From Heptranchias perlo (Eukaryota): 64,000 nt of DNA. The translations under genes and the position numbers were made by a program. This document shows, piece after piece, positions 22,434 to 35,319 of this stretch (positions are counted from its first letter, which is position 1; the number at the start of each line of letters is the position of its first letter). The notes beneath the pieces are model-generated. The model was not told where the DNA came from, searched no databases, and saw only the letters and a list, made by a program, of their open reading frames with translations. The stretch is taken from positions 16,926,001 to 16,990,000 of the forward strand of contig NC_090341.1 of assembly GCF_035084215.1 (NCBI RefSeq). The letters are read 5' to 3'.

Positions 22434-24285
22434 GGTTGCCAGGAATCTTGTTCAAACACTGTTGTAAATTACACCAACCGTCAGGCAATACCTGCCAAAC
22501 CACTCTCAAATATACTGTAGCAACTCTCTAAGTATAGGAAGCTTCAACAAACACGTCCTATTCTGCCAGAAGCAATAATCCAGCAACTAACCTGCAACAC
22601 CTGCATGATCCCTTTAAATAGCACTGGTGGGGTGGTCCTCTCAGACATGTTCAGTTGTTCGTGGTTAAGACAATGCATTGAGTGGAGCATTAAATGCCAA
22701 AATAGTGTCTCTCATTTTAAATCAGCATCGCACACTGATCTAACACATTACATTACTTTACATTCTGCCAGCGTTTGTTATTTGCACGTTCGTGAAACCT
22801 ATAACCAAAATGGTGTCCGGCACATGTAACACTAGTGCGCATTCTGGGCGCCATTTTGGAACTTCGGGAGGCCGCGTAGCACCGAAACAATGGCCACTAC
22901 AAGGCCCAATTTCTAGACCTATGTCTCTTAGTTAATTGAATTCCGTTTATTGTATACACGTGCTGCATTTTTTTTAATGACATTAGAATTTCTCCTAACC
23001 CCGTCCTTTGTTCTTTTGACTATTTTAAATCCGTGCCCTCTACCTACTAACTCACCAACCAGCATTTCTGGGTGGTTACGAACATGATTTTATTTTCAGA
23101 GCGCTGTGCTGCTTGAAAATGAGGGTTGCCAGGTCCAGTTTCCTTTAACTGTAGTGCTACAATTTGACAAATAAAAAAACCTCGTGCACTTTTTGACGTT
23201 TAAAATAACCCCTATACATGCACCTTTTTTTTTAGGAAATCATGAAAAAAGAATTCAGGAGTTTTTCTTGTCAGATTGTAGGAGATCAAGCAACTTTAGT
23301 GTCAAGTGGGAACAGATTGTACATTAACTGGCTCCGTCTGCTATAATAAATAGCGTTATTAGAACTCATACTAGATTACCCTGACAACAAATGTGGCATT
23401 TTATCATTATTTCCCTAACTTTCTATAGGCTTATCTGGCTAATTTTAAGGATACAGCCTTGCTCCCAGGCTAATTTTAGACCATATCGTTTTAGTTCAAC
23501 CTGTAATAACTCAATATTTTTAAACTGCAGTTGCCACATTACAAACTTGTTGTAGTTTCTTGCACTCTTCCCCTAATAATTGTGGTTGATTGTGCAACCA
23601 AACAAAAGTATAATCATGCTACAAACATCATGGAGTAAGATGGACAAATCAGATTATTAATGCAATTAGGTGCCTGCTCAGATTTTGTTTACAGGCTTGC
23701 TGGAGTCTCCACACTACTTGTACTATGACAGTAGCAAAACTTAAATTGTTCATGTATCATGCAGAGGTTGAGTTTATGGAAGGTCTAAGAGAAAATGAAT
23801 TTCTAGATGAACCAGACCATGCAAGGACTGAGCAGTCTATCTTATTTGCGTGGCATATTTTACTTCAAGCAATGAAAGGAAAATTTTGCTGCAGCTGATT
23901 GTGAATGTAAATTAGAAGATGAACAACATGAATGATTTATTCAATAGTAAGAGAACAGCTGAGAGAAGGACTGAAAGAACTTGCATCTATATGTGGAAGC
24001 TTGTTTAAAGTGGTGAGAAATAAGCTATTGCAGAGAATTGGTTAAAAGCTCAAGCAAGTCCAGAAATGCAGCAATATGAAATGGCAGAAAAATGCCCTTG
24101 GTATTCCAGCAGCTTTGTATTTGAGGTTCAAACAATCGCGAATATTTGGTAACCTTGCAGTAAATGGAATAAAATAAGATCCAGTCGCCTTAAAATGGAG
24201 GGACTGCTATCATTTAAGTCTTATGACAAGAGTAGATGTATTTTTAAACACTATTAATAAAATAACCTTCACTTGGCCCACTTAC

Positions 24286-24499
24286 CAGAAATCGTATCAC
24301 TTGAAAGAGCATATGCAGGTACACGTGAAATCTTTCCTCGAGTCTTAACTTCATTTTTTAATTGATGGTACAAAGAAGGCAATGTGACATCCTCCCTGTA
24401 GAGTTCAACCCAGATGTTTTCAGTTGAAAGTCCACATTGAAGTCCTGACAATTCATAATACCAGAACTTTCCTACATCTTTTGAGTCGAGTAGGTCATT
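24286..24499 (-). other. Candidate exon of an unidentified gene
   Basis: Open frame NDLLDSKDVGKFWYYELSG...ALSSDTIS ending at a strong G|GTAAGT donor. Acceptor is weak; no family recognised. Confidence 0.2.
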
Positions 24500-24684
24500 C
24501 TAATTTTGTGCCTTTGTATCATAAATGAAACAAATAGACTCTGGACAAAATATCCTGTAACACCATTATTATTAGTAATATTAATAGAATTTCTCACCAC
24601 TAGCATTCAGAACATATCCCCAAATCAAATGGGGTAAGGATATAACAATTACTACAAGTTTGATATATCCAATCAGTGTGTTAC

Positions 24685-25474
24685 TTTTTTTTATTTGTTC
24701 ATGGGATGTGGGCGTCACTGGCGAGGCCGGCATTTATTGCCCATCCCTAATTGCCTTTGAGAAGGTGGTGGTGAGCCGCCTTCTTGAACCGCTGCAGTCC
24801 ATGAGGTGAAGGTTCTCCCACAGTGCCGTTAGGAAGGGAGTTCCAGGATTTTGACCCAGCGACGATGAAAGAACGGCAATATATTTCCAAGTCAGGATGG
24901 TGTCTGACTTGGAGGGGAACGTGCAGGTGGTGTTGTTCCCATGTGCCTGCTGCCCTTGTCCTTCTAGGTGGTAGAGGTTGTGGGTTTGGGAGGTGCTGTC
25001 GAAGAAGCCTTGACGAGTTGCTGCAGTGCATCCTGTGGCTGGTATACACTGCAGCTACGATGCGCTGGTGTTGAAGGGAGTGAATGTTTAGGGTGGTGGA
25101 TGGGGTGCCAATCAAATGGGCTGCTTTGTCCTGGATGGTGTCGAGCTTCTTGTGTTGTTGGAACTGCACTCATCCAGGCAAGTGGACAGTATTCCATCAC
25201 ACTCCTGACTGTGCCTTGTAGATGGTGAAAAGGCTTTGGGGAGTCAGGAGGTGAGTCACTCGCCGCAGAATACGCAGCCTCTGATCTGCTCTTGTAGCCT
25301 CAGTATTTATGTGGCTGGTCCAGTTAAGTTTCTGGTCAATGGTGACCCCTCCAGGATGTTGATGGTGGGGATTCAGTGATGGTAATGCCGTTGAATGTCA
25401 AGGGGAGGTGGCTAGACTGTCTCTTGTTGGAGATGGTCATTGCCTCGCACTTGAGTGGCGCGAATGTTACTTGC
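24685..25474 (-). mobile_element. 3' fragment of the second LINE family
   Basis: KKLDTIQDKAA...FKKAAHHHLLKGN and the same 3' tail. Confidence 0.92.
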
Positions 25475-27477
25475 TAATGTAAAAGATAGAGCCCAACATG
25501 TGTTGACCTGGATAGATTAGTTTACACCTTTTCATGACACGAGATAAATTAGCGAAAGTCTGAAGACATGGAATTATCAAGTTGTTTCCCCTTTACAGTC
25601 TTTTGCTGTATTTCATTGGCCAATAGGGAAATGAATAAGATGATGACCAGCTACCTTAATTTAAAAGTAATGTTGAAGTACTGTTCAGAATTTACATTCC
25701 ATTCAGAAGGGTAGCTAGGAATTAACTATTAATGATTCCAAAGGATAATTATTTCTTTGTAATGATTCCTAGTTACAGCAACTAATTTGCTAAAATGTCA
25801 TCACATTTGGGATATCAGGTAACTACATACCTCTGCCAGCCATCAAACTACCTTTCACGAAAGTCCAGTATATTTGACCTTGTGATTTACTTTCTTTTTA
25901 AATTGTGGATAAAGCTGGGAGCATTTAGTGTTGGGAACATTTAATAATGGTGACATTAAAGATTCTGAGGTTAGGTATACAAAGGGAAAAGCTACCTTAA
26001 TATTACCTCAACAATGAGACTTAACACTATCTTTATAAGAATGCTTCTGACAGCATCAGCAAGTCTTATCCATTTTCTAATCCAGAAATCTTTATGATCT
26101 TGAAAGGGATTTGTACTTTAATGCCCCTAAACTGGCTGAACTCATTTCATTGCTTGTGGCCAAGAGAGGAGACTTTTGATCAGGATTTGAACCTTCATCT
26201 GAAAGATGAAAGGACAGCATTGCAACGCACTGTTCTGCCCAATTCCTTTGATAACCATTTTTTTAAAAAAGATTTGTATCTGAGCTTGGTCAAGGTTAAA
26301 TCTGGACTACCAGCCATTCTTGTGAAAGAATGATCCAATAAACAAATACAGTCCAACAGACGTTACGGTAATAACTGATCAATACATAGGTAATGCTAGT
26401 TGGTTCTGTTAATTAATTATAGTTATATTGGAAATCAAATGTGAAGGTAATTTTCACATTAAAGGAGAGCATTGAGGGGATTTGACCACTAAGAAAAGGC
26501 AGCATTTTTTTAAAAAGTATTGCGATTTCATGCATATCTGTGCAGTAATTCATTAAAATATACATGTATAGTGTTTCAGAAGTAATTAATCACAAACGAT
26601 AGTTCCAGATCCCATAGTGTTATAACTGTTTAAAAAAAAAATCACACATGCCATATTGTCACACTCATTTGGAATTGTTAAATGTTATTATTTTTTACAT
26701 TCTCCAAGCTATATATGCTTTAGTGGTTAATTGCTCTCATAATTTGCTAAATAATCCTGGTATAAATGGTACACTTTTAAGAGGAAAGAACATTTTTCTG
26801 GTAGTCATTTGTTTTGTACCTGAAAGAAGCTCATTTAAAGTTCAATAATTAACACTGAGATGCCAATACAAATAGGTCTAAGCTTGATTTAAAGAGGTTT
26901 CCCTCTGCTCTAGATTTTCACGATCATTCCTTGGAGGAGCAGCTGTAAATCCCATCAAAACCATTCCACAGATTAATGGAAAATATCCTTAACAAAATCA
27001 GGCCTGTCATTGGAGCTTCTGAAATGCAGAGCTAGTTTGAGCCTAAATGTAGAAAGGATCATCAGCTTGTAAAGCTGTGCCTAATAAATATAGTATTTTT
27101 AGCCTTTGGCTACCCCTAAGATTTATAAACATAATTCTGCAGTAGTTTTAATTCTCTCAATTATTGTGTACTGCTTCTTGTGTTTTCTTAAAGGGGTGAA
27201 CACATTTGCAATTAAATGTAATATGATATGAAATTACATTTAAATTTGTGTAATTTGGTTCATTGCAACACAAATTAACTATCACTTACAATAATCAAAA
27301 CTCAGAACAAATTTTGCTAAATTGTTTGGTTTTGCTTAAGTAAACTAATAGTGCATACGTTTCTCAGGACACAGCATATGAAATGGCTTCTATAGTTATG
27401 TTCTTATTTTTCAATCTAATTGCTGTAACTTCAGTTGAGAAAAATTGGGGCTATAAACAGTGAAATGTTGTCACATT

Positions 27478-27670
27478 GCCCTGATGGCTCAGTTGGTGCA
27501 TACACCATATGGAGTTGCACTGAGCCATACAGACCAACACACAGTCTACAACATTTGCTATCCAGGCTCACAAATGAGCAATTTGCCACTTGGGCAAGGT
27601 ACCCATGAAACTGTACCCCAGCAAGGAGTCAACACAAGCAAGGAGAAGAGCAGGGAGAAAAATTGGTGAT
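27478..27670 (+). mobile_element. Degenerate SINE-like repeat (same family as 61035-61396)
   Basis: A-box-like TGGCTCAGTTGG. Blocks ACTGAGCCATACAGACCA and GGCAAGGTAC...GAAACTGTACCCC are shared with 61035-61396. Confidence 0.5.
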
Positions 27671-29716
27671 GGGGAATAAAAAGGGGGAAAAGGTGCATTT
27701 TTTTCTGCTAAAACAAAATGGTCTAACTCAGTTTAACTAAGTGTTAAAAGGGAAGAGACTTTGATCCCAATGATCAGCTGCATTTAAACCCTGCTTCCAG
27801 AGGTGAATGGACATTTTTTTCAGCTTCACTTAACGTCCCAGTATGATTCTGTTGCAACTAGAAAAGAATTGGTTGGAACCAAACTGACAGCTTTTGACAG
27901 GTAAAATACCATGTGTAATCATATCAGGTGCTAGCTGGGAACAAAACTTACTGTAAGGTTTTACCCCTCAAAGAAAAGAGGGTAAATAAAGCCTTAGAAA
28001 CTTCACAACTTTTTCATGAGTTTGTGATAAGTTTACAGAATGAAAACCATTCTGGGTGACATTTGTTCCAAGACGATGAACAATTTGTTATGCTGTAGTC
28101 ATTCTTATTTATATGTGTGCTGTGGTTTGGAAGATAATGAGAAATCTTGGGTTCATAGTAATTATGGAAAATATAGAAAAAGTTTGTTCATGTATTGTAA
28201 ACACTTAATGTGCCTAATCTTTACCGGGATATGGCTATTGTCCGTCAATGGTTAACTGGTCACTCACTGTATTGCAACTATTCAAGCTTGCATGTACAAA
28301 CTTTAGACCTTAGTCTGTTGTGTAGAATTGCTAACTTGAATTTTATTTAATAAAATATGGGGGGAAAGCATGTTAATGGAATAAGCAGGATGGATCCACA
28401 GAATACATGAATTTTACACAAAAATGGGCCTACTATTAATACTATCTCATACCAGTGCTTTCCATTAATACTGGTAGAAAAAACTGTACTCTTTCCCCTC
28501 TGTAACGATGAACCTGAAAACACATCTTAACTAGAGCCTGCATCAGTTTTGCTGTTGCACTAAATTGGAAGTTCAGCTCTGTTTCATGATTGACCATGAA
28601 GTTCCTGGTATTTCATGATTCAGTTACACTTTGCTAACAAGTTATGGATCTATCACACTTATAAGACCTATTGTAACCTTCCCTCCCAGATGAAATCACT
28701 TTCATAAAGGTCAAGGTCACACCGCACTTTTTTTCCTGAGGTACAATTGCATCACCTCTGCAAGCAGTATCACCTTGATACAACAGTTATTTTGACCTAA
28801 TTCTGTAGATTTTACAATTAGATCCCCTTTTTACTTTCATTCTCAAGTGATTTGTTAAGAGCAAAACATGCAGAAGGATTATTCTGCACACGTTTGGTCC
28901 TGAATTAAAAATTATGTTTACAGGCAATGTTTTGGGGAATTACTTCAATGGCAGTGATAAGATTGAGTAGTGAAGATTTTTTTCTTTTCACAGTAAGCCA
29001 GGAATAGGGTTTCTTTAAAGTTTGGTCCCTTGTGTCACATTTACCAAAATAAATGAGAGTTAATTAAGCCACCAGATATTCCAAGTGGCCAAGTAGGTTG
29101 TTAAAACTATTTATTAATGAAATTTTACTCATTTTAGTTAAAAGCAGATTGCCAACACTTGATTTACCTAGCTTGGGAATGTAACGGCAAAGAGTGAATG
29201 AGCGGGCATAAGGTTGATGGCATATGTGGTCCTCTGACTGTAAGAATGCTTTAAATAAGTTGTCATAGTTTCTAATGTCTGTTTTAAGACACAGACACAT
29301 ACTCAGGACAATTCCTCTCGCACACAGCAACAATCAATGATTACAGAAGACACTTTTGGATCCTTCTTTGATGAGAGCCAAAGCCTCTTCAACCTAGCAA
29401 GTATCCCTAAAGCTGAACTATTACTCTGTTCAGTATCCTTACTGATTGTTTTTATAGAGCCACCAGCTGCCATGGTATAAACAGAAAAAAACTTTATGAT
29501 CCCGTTTGCTGCAATATTTATCTAACAAGCAGACGAAACATTCTTGCAACTTATCATCTGTGTAATTTGGTCTATTCACACTTGAGATAAATAGGATACT
29601 AATGACCGCACCCCCCCCCCCCCCCCCCCAATGGACATTGCACGTGAACAGCAAAGTCATGGTAGGTTTACTTGTATAAGTACCATAATCATACCGGTAG
29701 CTGAATAGATACTCAC

Positions 29717-29901
29717 ATACAGATGCGTTATTCCAAATATTGGGAATGGAAGGGTACTGAACTAATTGAAGATTAGTGCATCTGGGAAGTTGTTGGTTAT
29801 TCCCACAGAATGCAGAAAAGTGGCAACTTCTTCCAGAGACATTTTCCCCATAATCTTTAACTTCAATATAGAGCACACTTTCAGATTTTATTTTAACGAA
29901 G
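29717..29901 (-). other. Candidate exon of an unidentified gene
   Basis: TTTTAG acceptor, open frame FVKIKSESVLYIEVKDYG...IWNNASV, GTGAGT donor. Phase-compatible with a following candidate exon at 29466-29303. Confidence 0.22.
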
Positions 29902-30050
29902 CTAAAACACCATGGTTCATCACAGTGAGTTTCTACTGCTGGGTAGGTTGTGAGGGAAAGGACCCAGCAGATGCCAGATACTTCCTCACCGATAAGGAAA
30001 CAAAGTTAGACTGAAGTCACCGATGTTCTAGATTTTCAAGTTGTCCTCAA

Positions 30051-30262
30051 TGTTAATTGTATCCATGTGATTTATATCAATTAGTGTTAATTGTATTCAG
30101 GTGGTGTGTATCAATTGGGAACTCTCTTGTATCCATTTATAAGAGAGCTGATCTAGGGTGTGGTGTGGATGTGATGTGGAGCTCTGGATAAAGGCTTGGA
30201 AACAACTGAAGACCAGGCTGTAGTATTCTATCCTTCACCACCTGGCTGTCCAGTTTATAACA
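30051..30262 (+). mobile_element. Solo LTR, 212 bp
   Basis: TGTTA...TAACA termini. Exact 5 bp TSD CTCAA (30046-30050 and 30263-30267). Internal TATAA and GATAAA. Confidence 0.85.
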
Positions 30263-30704
30263 CTCAACATAGGAATTGTGTGTGGCCTGGAGAAATATAA
30301 AAGCTGTGGGAGAAATATGTAACTCCATTTATCCATGAGGTTTTACAAAAGCTGAAATATCCCACTATTTTATTTATTGCTTGACTTTCTAAAGCCTTGT
30401 ATCCATTTCACTGGCACAATCAAAAGTGTTCACTCATTTGCCAGGGTGATATGAATGGGGGCAAAGACAAAGGAAACAATTCCTCCTGCCAAGGGTAATG
30501 CCCCAACTTTGAAGTTACATGCCAGATATATTAAATGGCATTAATCCATTAACCCTCTGAAGTCAGACATGGCTGTCTCCTTTCTAAATTCTTGGGTCTA
30601 GTCCTGATATGAGGCCAATTATTTCAGTTTTAAACCCTACATAAGTGCAGCTGGATTCAGATACACCTGGTCAAGCCTGGATTTACATTGGCACAGTTAA
30701 AGAA

Positions 30705-31100
30705 GGAAATTGTATTTCTTCATTGCCTTATCATGTCTGTCAAACATCCCAAAGTACCTCACATACAACAAATTACTAAAGTGCAATTACCGTGATCATG
30801 TGGGTAAACACAACAAACAATTTGCAATGAGGTCAATCACCAGTTAAGCTGCTTTTCGTGGAGTTGGTTGGGAGATAAACGTTAGCCAGGACATTGGGGG
30901 AAGTCCTGCCTTCTCTTTGAATAGTGTCATGGGATCTTCAATGTCCACGTGAAATACCAGAAAAGGCAGACCTTGGTTTAACATGTTTGCCAAAGGATGC
31001 AACCTCAGTATTGCACTGAAGTAGCAACCTAAATAATGTGTTCAAGTCCTGAAACGAGGTTTGAACCAATAACCTTATGACTTGGAGGTGAGCCACACTG
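30705..31100 (-). mobile_element. Degenerate Deu-domain tRNA-SINE
   Basis: Reverse complement is colinear with 63422-63785 (GGTTCAAA B box, AAGATCCCATGACACTATT, CTTTGGGATG tail). Confidence 0.7.
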
Positions 31101-31194
31101 TCAATTCAAGTTGCGCTGAAGATGCATAATGGATGCTGGGGAAATTATTGAAGTATCCCTTGAACTAATTCTAAACTTCAGCAGTCCAGGTGAC

Positions 31195-31326
31195 AAATGA
31201 GAATGGTGAGCTACAGGCACAAGTTGCCACATGAGGTTATGATATAGTAGCAATAAAGGAGACCAGGCTCAAACAAGGGCAGGAACGGGAACTTAACAGG
31301 AAGGGTAGGGAAGAAAATAAAGGGCA
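31195..31326 (+). mobile_element. CR1 endonuclease-region relic
   Basis: ELQAQVAT-GYDIVAIKETRLKQGQERELN, homologous to 785-870. Confidence 0.6.
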
Positions 31327-31330
31327 CTTA

Positions 31331-31474
31331 GGAGTTAATTTTCAACTTGCTGCACAGGCATTGTGGATCAGCCATCTTTTGTAGAACCCATCTAGAAATC
31401 AGTTTGCTTTCTGTAATGGGCAGCCGATCCGCAAAGTCAATTTACTGCTCGGGCAGCAAGTTGAAATTACCAAC
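31331..31474. mobile_element. Short MITE with terminal inverted repeats
   Basis: TAATTTTCAACTTGCTGC at the left and GCAGCAAGTTGAAATTA at the right. Confidence 0.6.
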
Positions 31475-33207
31475 ACTGTCTCCGGATGATCAACTTATGT
31501 ATTCATTCAATGAAGACCAACTTGTCAAGTAACTAACTCAAGAATGCGTTTGACCTAGGGTCTTTGTTGAAAATGAATATTATGGAAAATACTAATTATC
31601 CTTTTATGTGTGCATGATATTGAATGTCACATCAATAATTAAAAATTGTTTATTTAATATTTGTTCAAATCTTTTTGACAAGATCCTGCTTCATTGTCGA
31701 TAATAAAAGTCTTTCATATTCATGCACTTCCTGCTATGTGACACTTCCTGCAACATTTTCCTATTGTGCCTTTATCCTCACACTTTTTCTAGCACATTAT
31801 ATCCATCATGGCTGTCTCACAATTTGCTGTCATGCTTTACTAACATGATTAAACTTATCCTATTTATTTTACGTACCTCTGATTGAGTCTTCCATGATAG
31901 CCTCTAAGGTAGGTGGTGCTGTTATTCACTTACCGGTGAGGCCTCCAAGATAGATGGCATTATGTTCTACTCAGGAAGCCCTGATCGGGCCCTCCACGCC
32001 ACTGTTGCCTTGCCAAACATTGAACCCCCTTCCCTGGGTAAATATTCCATCCCCTCCATCCCCACTCCCTCTTACTGATTCTCAACACCTGTACCCCACA
32101 CTCATGATATACCGATATCCTTTTCCTACTCCTTCCAGATGCATGTCATCTCTCCTCAGTGTTCCCAAACGCATCAACTGCCCCTCCCCATGCATTCTAA
32201 TCCTACAACCACCTCCTGGTTCTTCTTCACCCTTGCAACCTCCCAGCAATACTTTACACACCATACCAAAATCTAGGACCACTCTCCCACACTACTGCTA
32301 CAGCCTATTTCCTACCAGCCAACAACCTGCAGCATCTTCCCAACATTGTCGTCTTTATCCTGGGCTTTAGAAAAAGGGAAGGGATAAAATTAATTGCATA
32401 GTTAACCTATCTATTAACAGTAATCAAGGCCACTGATTTATAGTTCCCATGCAAATATATAATTAATTCATGGAATTCAAAACCAAAAATATCACAACCT
32501 CTCAAAAGACTCAAAGCACAATTTAATTTATCAATCACTGTAAATCAGTCGCCCTGAAAATATTGCATTACATACCGGTTTCCTCTGATCTGTTATTGTG
32601 TATGGAAATAAGAAGCCTTTTGTTATCTAAGAATATGAAATTCTAGTTCATGCAGTTATTTTTTCACAATATTGTTTAATTCATTTATATGAAAAGAGCA
32701 TTATTTGAAAAAGGATGCACATATTTTGTGTAATGTCCAAGAAGATTCTCAAAACATGATTTGTGACCCTTATTTCTTCATTTAATTTTTGGGATAAATA
32801 AAGCCCCATGGTTTAATTATTTAAATGTTTGACTATTGACTTTTACCAGTGCGATAAGGAATATGTTTATTGTGAACCTTATGGTGGGTTTTGCAATACC
32901 AATAAAAATTTTGGCACGCGGTTAAAATTTCAACAAATGTACATTTTCATATCGTACAATTATGTTTTTTTATACCTTGGGCTTGATTGGACCATACTGA
33001 CCTTTATTGTGTTAAAAAAATTCCAATTTTGACAAAGAAGGACTTTTAACCAGTGACTACATCCATGCAATGGCACATTGCAAAAATTATCTGAAAAGCT
33101 GTACTAAGTGATGTGATGAGCTATTGTTTTTTGTTTGCTACCCAAGTCATCAGGGACACATAAAAGGTGAGGGAAAATTTGTGGGATAATTATCTTGGAG
33201 CACCTTT

Positions 33208-34058
33208 TCTTTAATTTATTCTTGGGATATGGGCGTCGATGGCAAGGCCAGGATTTAATGCCCATACCTTGTTGCCCATGAGGAGGTAGTGATGACCAGC
33301 CTTCTTGAACTGCTGCAGTCCGTGTGGTGAAGGTAATCCTTCAGTGCTGTTAGGTAGGGAGTTCCAAGATTTTGACCTAGTGACGATGAAGGAACGGCGA
33401 TATATGTCCAAGTCAGGATAGGGTGTGACTTGGAGGGGAACTTGGAGGTGATGGGTGTTCTCATGCGCTTGCTGCCCTTGTCCTTCTAGGTGGTAGAGAT
33501 CACGGGTTTGGGAGGTGCCATCAAAGAAGCCTGGGCGAGTTGCTGCAGTGCATCCTGTGGATGGTACACACTGCAGCCACGCTGCGTGGTGGTGGTGGGA
33601 GTTGATGTTTAAGGGCTGCTGATGATGTTGAGCTTCTTGAGTTTTGTTGCAGCTGCGCCCATCCAGGCAAATGGAGAGTATTCCATCACACTCCTTGACT
33701 TATGCTTCATAGCTGGTGGAGGGACTTTGGGGAGTCAGGAGGTGAGCCACTCAATGCAGAATACCCAGGGTCTGTCCTGCTTTAGTAGCCATGGCATTTA
33801 TGAAGCTGGTCCAGTTGGGTTTCTGTTCAGTGGTGACCCTCCAGGATGTTGATGGTGTGGGATTCGGCGATGGTAATGCCATTGAATGTCAAGGGGAGGT
33901 GGTTAGACTCTCTTGTTGGAGATGGTCATTGCCTGGCACTTGTCTGGTGAGAATGTTACTTGCCACTTATCAGCCCAAGCCTGGATGTTGTCCAGGTCTT
34001 GCTGCATGCGGGCACGGACTGCTTCATTATCTGAGGAATTGCAAATGGAACTAAACAC
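33208..34058 (-). mobile_element. Older 3' fragment of the second LINE family
   Basis: SDNEAVRARMQQDLDNIQAWADKWQVTF and the family tail; more diverged than the other copies. Confidence 0.9.
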
Positions 34059-35319
34059 TTTTTTACACTTCCCAATACCTGTATAGGCAAATGTCTGGGA
34101 ATAGTGGTGGGATTTTGAAAGATAAAGGAACAAATAATAAAAAGGAGAGACGGGAGAAGTATCTTTCTGTTCATGACCATGAACTTTTTGACTTGACAGC
34201 AGCATGTTAAAAGAACAGTTGAAGATTCTGATGTTCATCGAAATGAAATACCCAAGGTGATGCTTGGTTAATTGGTGCTACGCTTAATATTGGTTACCAA
34301 ACATAAATCATCACATGCTTTTCAAAGAATTGCAATGTTTTCCATCACGCAGTATCTTTCCAACACTAATTAGAGTAGTAAAAATAGCCTTGTACTGCTA
34401 TTGTGAAAGCCTGTAGATAGTTGGGTCATTTTGTGACAACCAAAGTTCGCAGTAGGTGGGAGGGCATAGAGCTACTTGAACCATACTGCCTTCCTTCCAT
34501 TGGACTTTGACTCAACATCACAGATTAATGTAGATGCAGATGGTATTTCCATTCTTAGGATTTTAGAAATTATATAGTTTACTGCATCTGAGTGGCAATT
34601 CCTTACGAGAAGTTAACAAAATTAGAAATTGCAAGATATCCAACAAGTTGCATTTATATCCTTTGATTAGGAATATAAGGACATGCAGGTTTATGTGACT
34701 AAGTCACTTCTTTCATGTTCGCTGGGCACTTTATCTGCTCATGATCGAGCCACAATTAACTGTTCCTGAATTATTTGGAGTTTATATTGAGTTTAACCCT
34801 GTGTTTGATTATACCCTATAGGTAAAAAAGCTGCTATATTTTCTCACTAATATGTTTTTCAAGCAATTCTGTAAGCTTTCAAATCACATTAAACTGCTGA
34901 ATGCACAATGTTTTATTCATCATTGCTGAAAGTAGCTGAAGATGTTTGACTGGGAATAATATTTTGGCTAGAAATGCACAGGTAAGACAACATGGAATAA
35001 ATTCTCAGTAGGTTTACTTCCATTGGATGCAATTGAGTTTTTGTAAATATAGATAAACCCTCTTAAAACAAAGAAGATAATATGATTAGCATTGCATCTT
35101 AAAATAAAAAGAATAAACAAGATTAGTCACAAAACTAAATAGGCAATTTGTTTTATTGTAGTTGCCGACTAAACAATACAAATAAACCAATAATCAGTGA
35201 TTAATACAGTAACTAGTTATCTTAAATCATAAAGAAATTTAATATTTTATTTGTTACTTTGCATCAAAATGGATAGATTCTGTTAACTGATGCAAGCAAA
35301 ATGCTATTAGGTAAATGTC

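Larger units (their letters stand above)
16970..22920. mobile_element. PIF/Harbinger DNA transposon (degenerate autonomous copy, about 3.9 kb plus a nested 2 kb element)
   Basis: Convergent transposase and Myb/SANT-like genes. Imperfect termini GGGGGTTAAATT and AATTTCTAGACC. Candidate 3 bp TSD (ATG/ATG or AAT/TAT). The host CR1 relic resumes on both sides. Confidence 0.85.
13145..23000 (-). mobile_element. Old CR1 relic split into three pieces (about 13145-13274, 16537-16969, 22921-23000) by later insertions
   Basis: Joining the flanks restores CR1 ORF2 peptides: MNVWN|NLPGK across 16537/13274 and YTINGIQLTKRH|IETNLG across 22921/16969. Confidence 0.7.
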
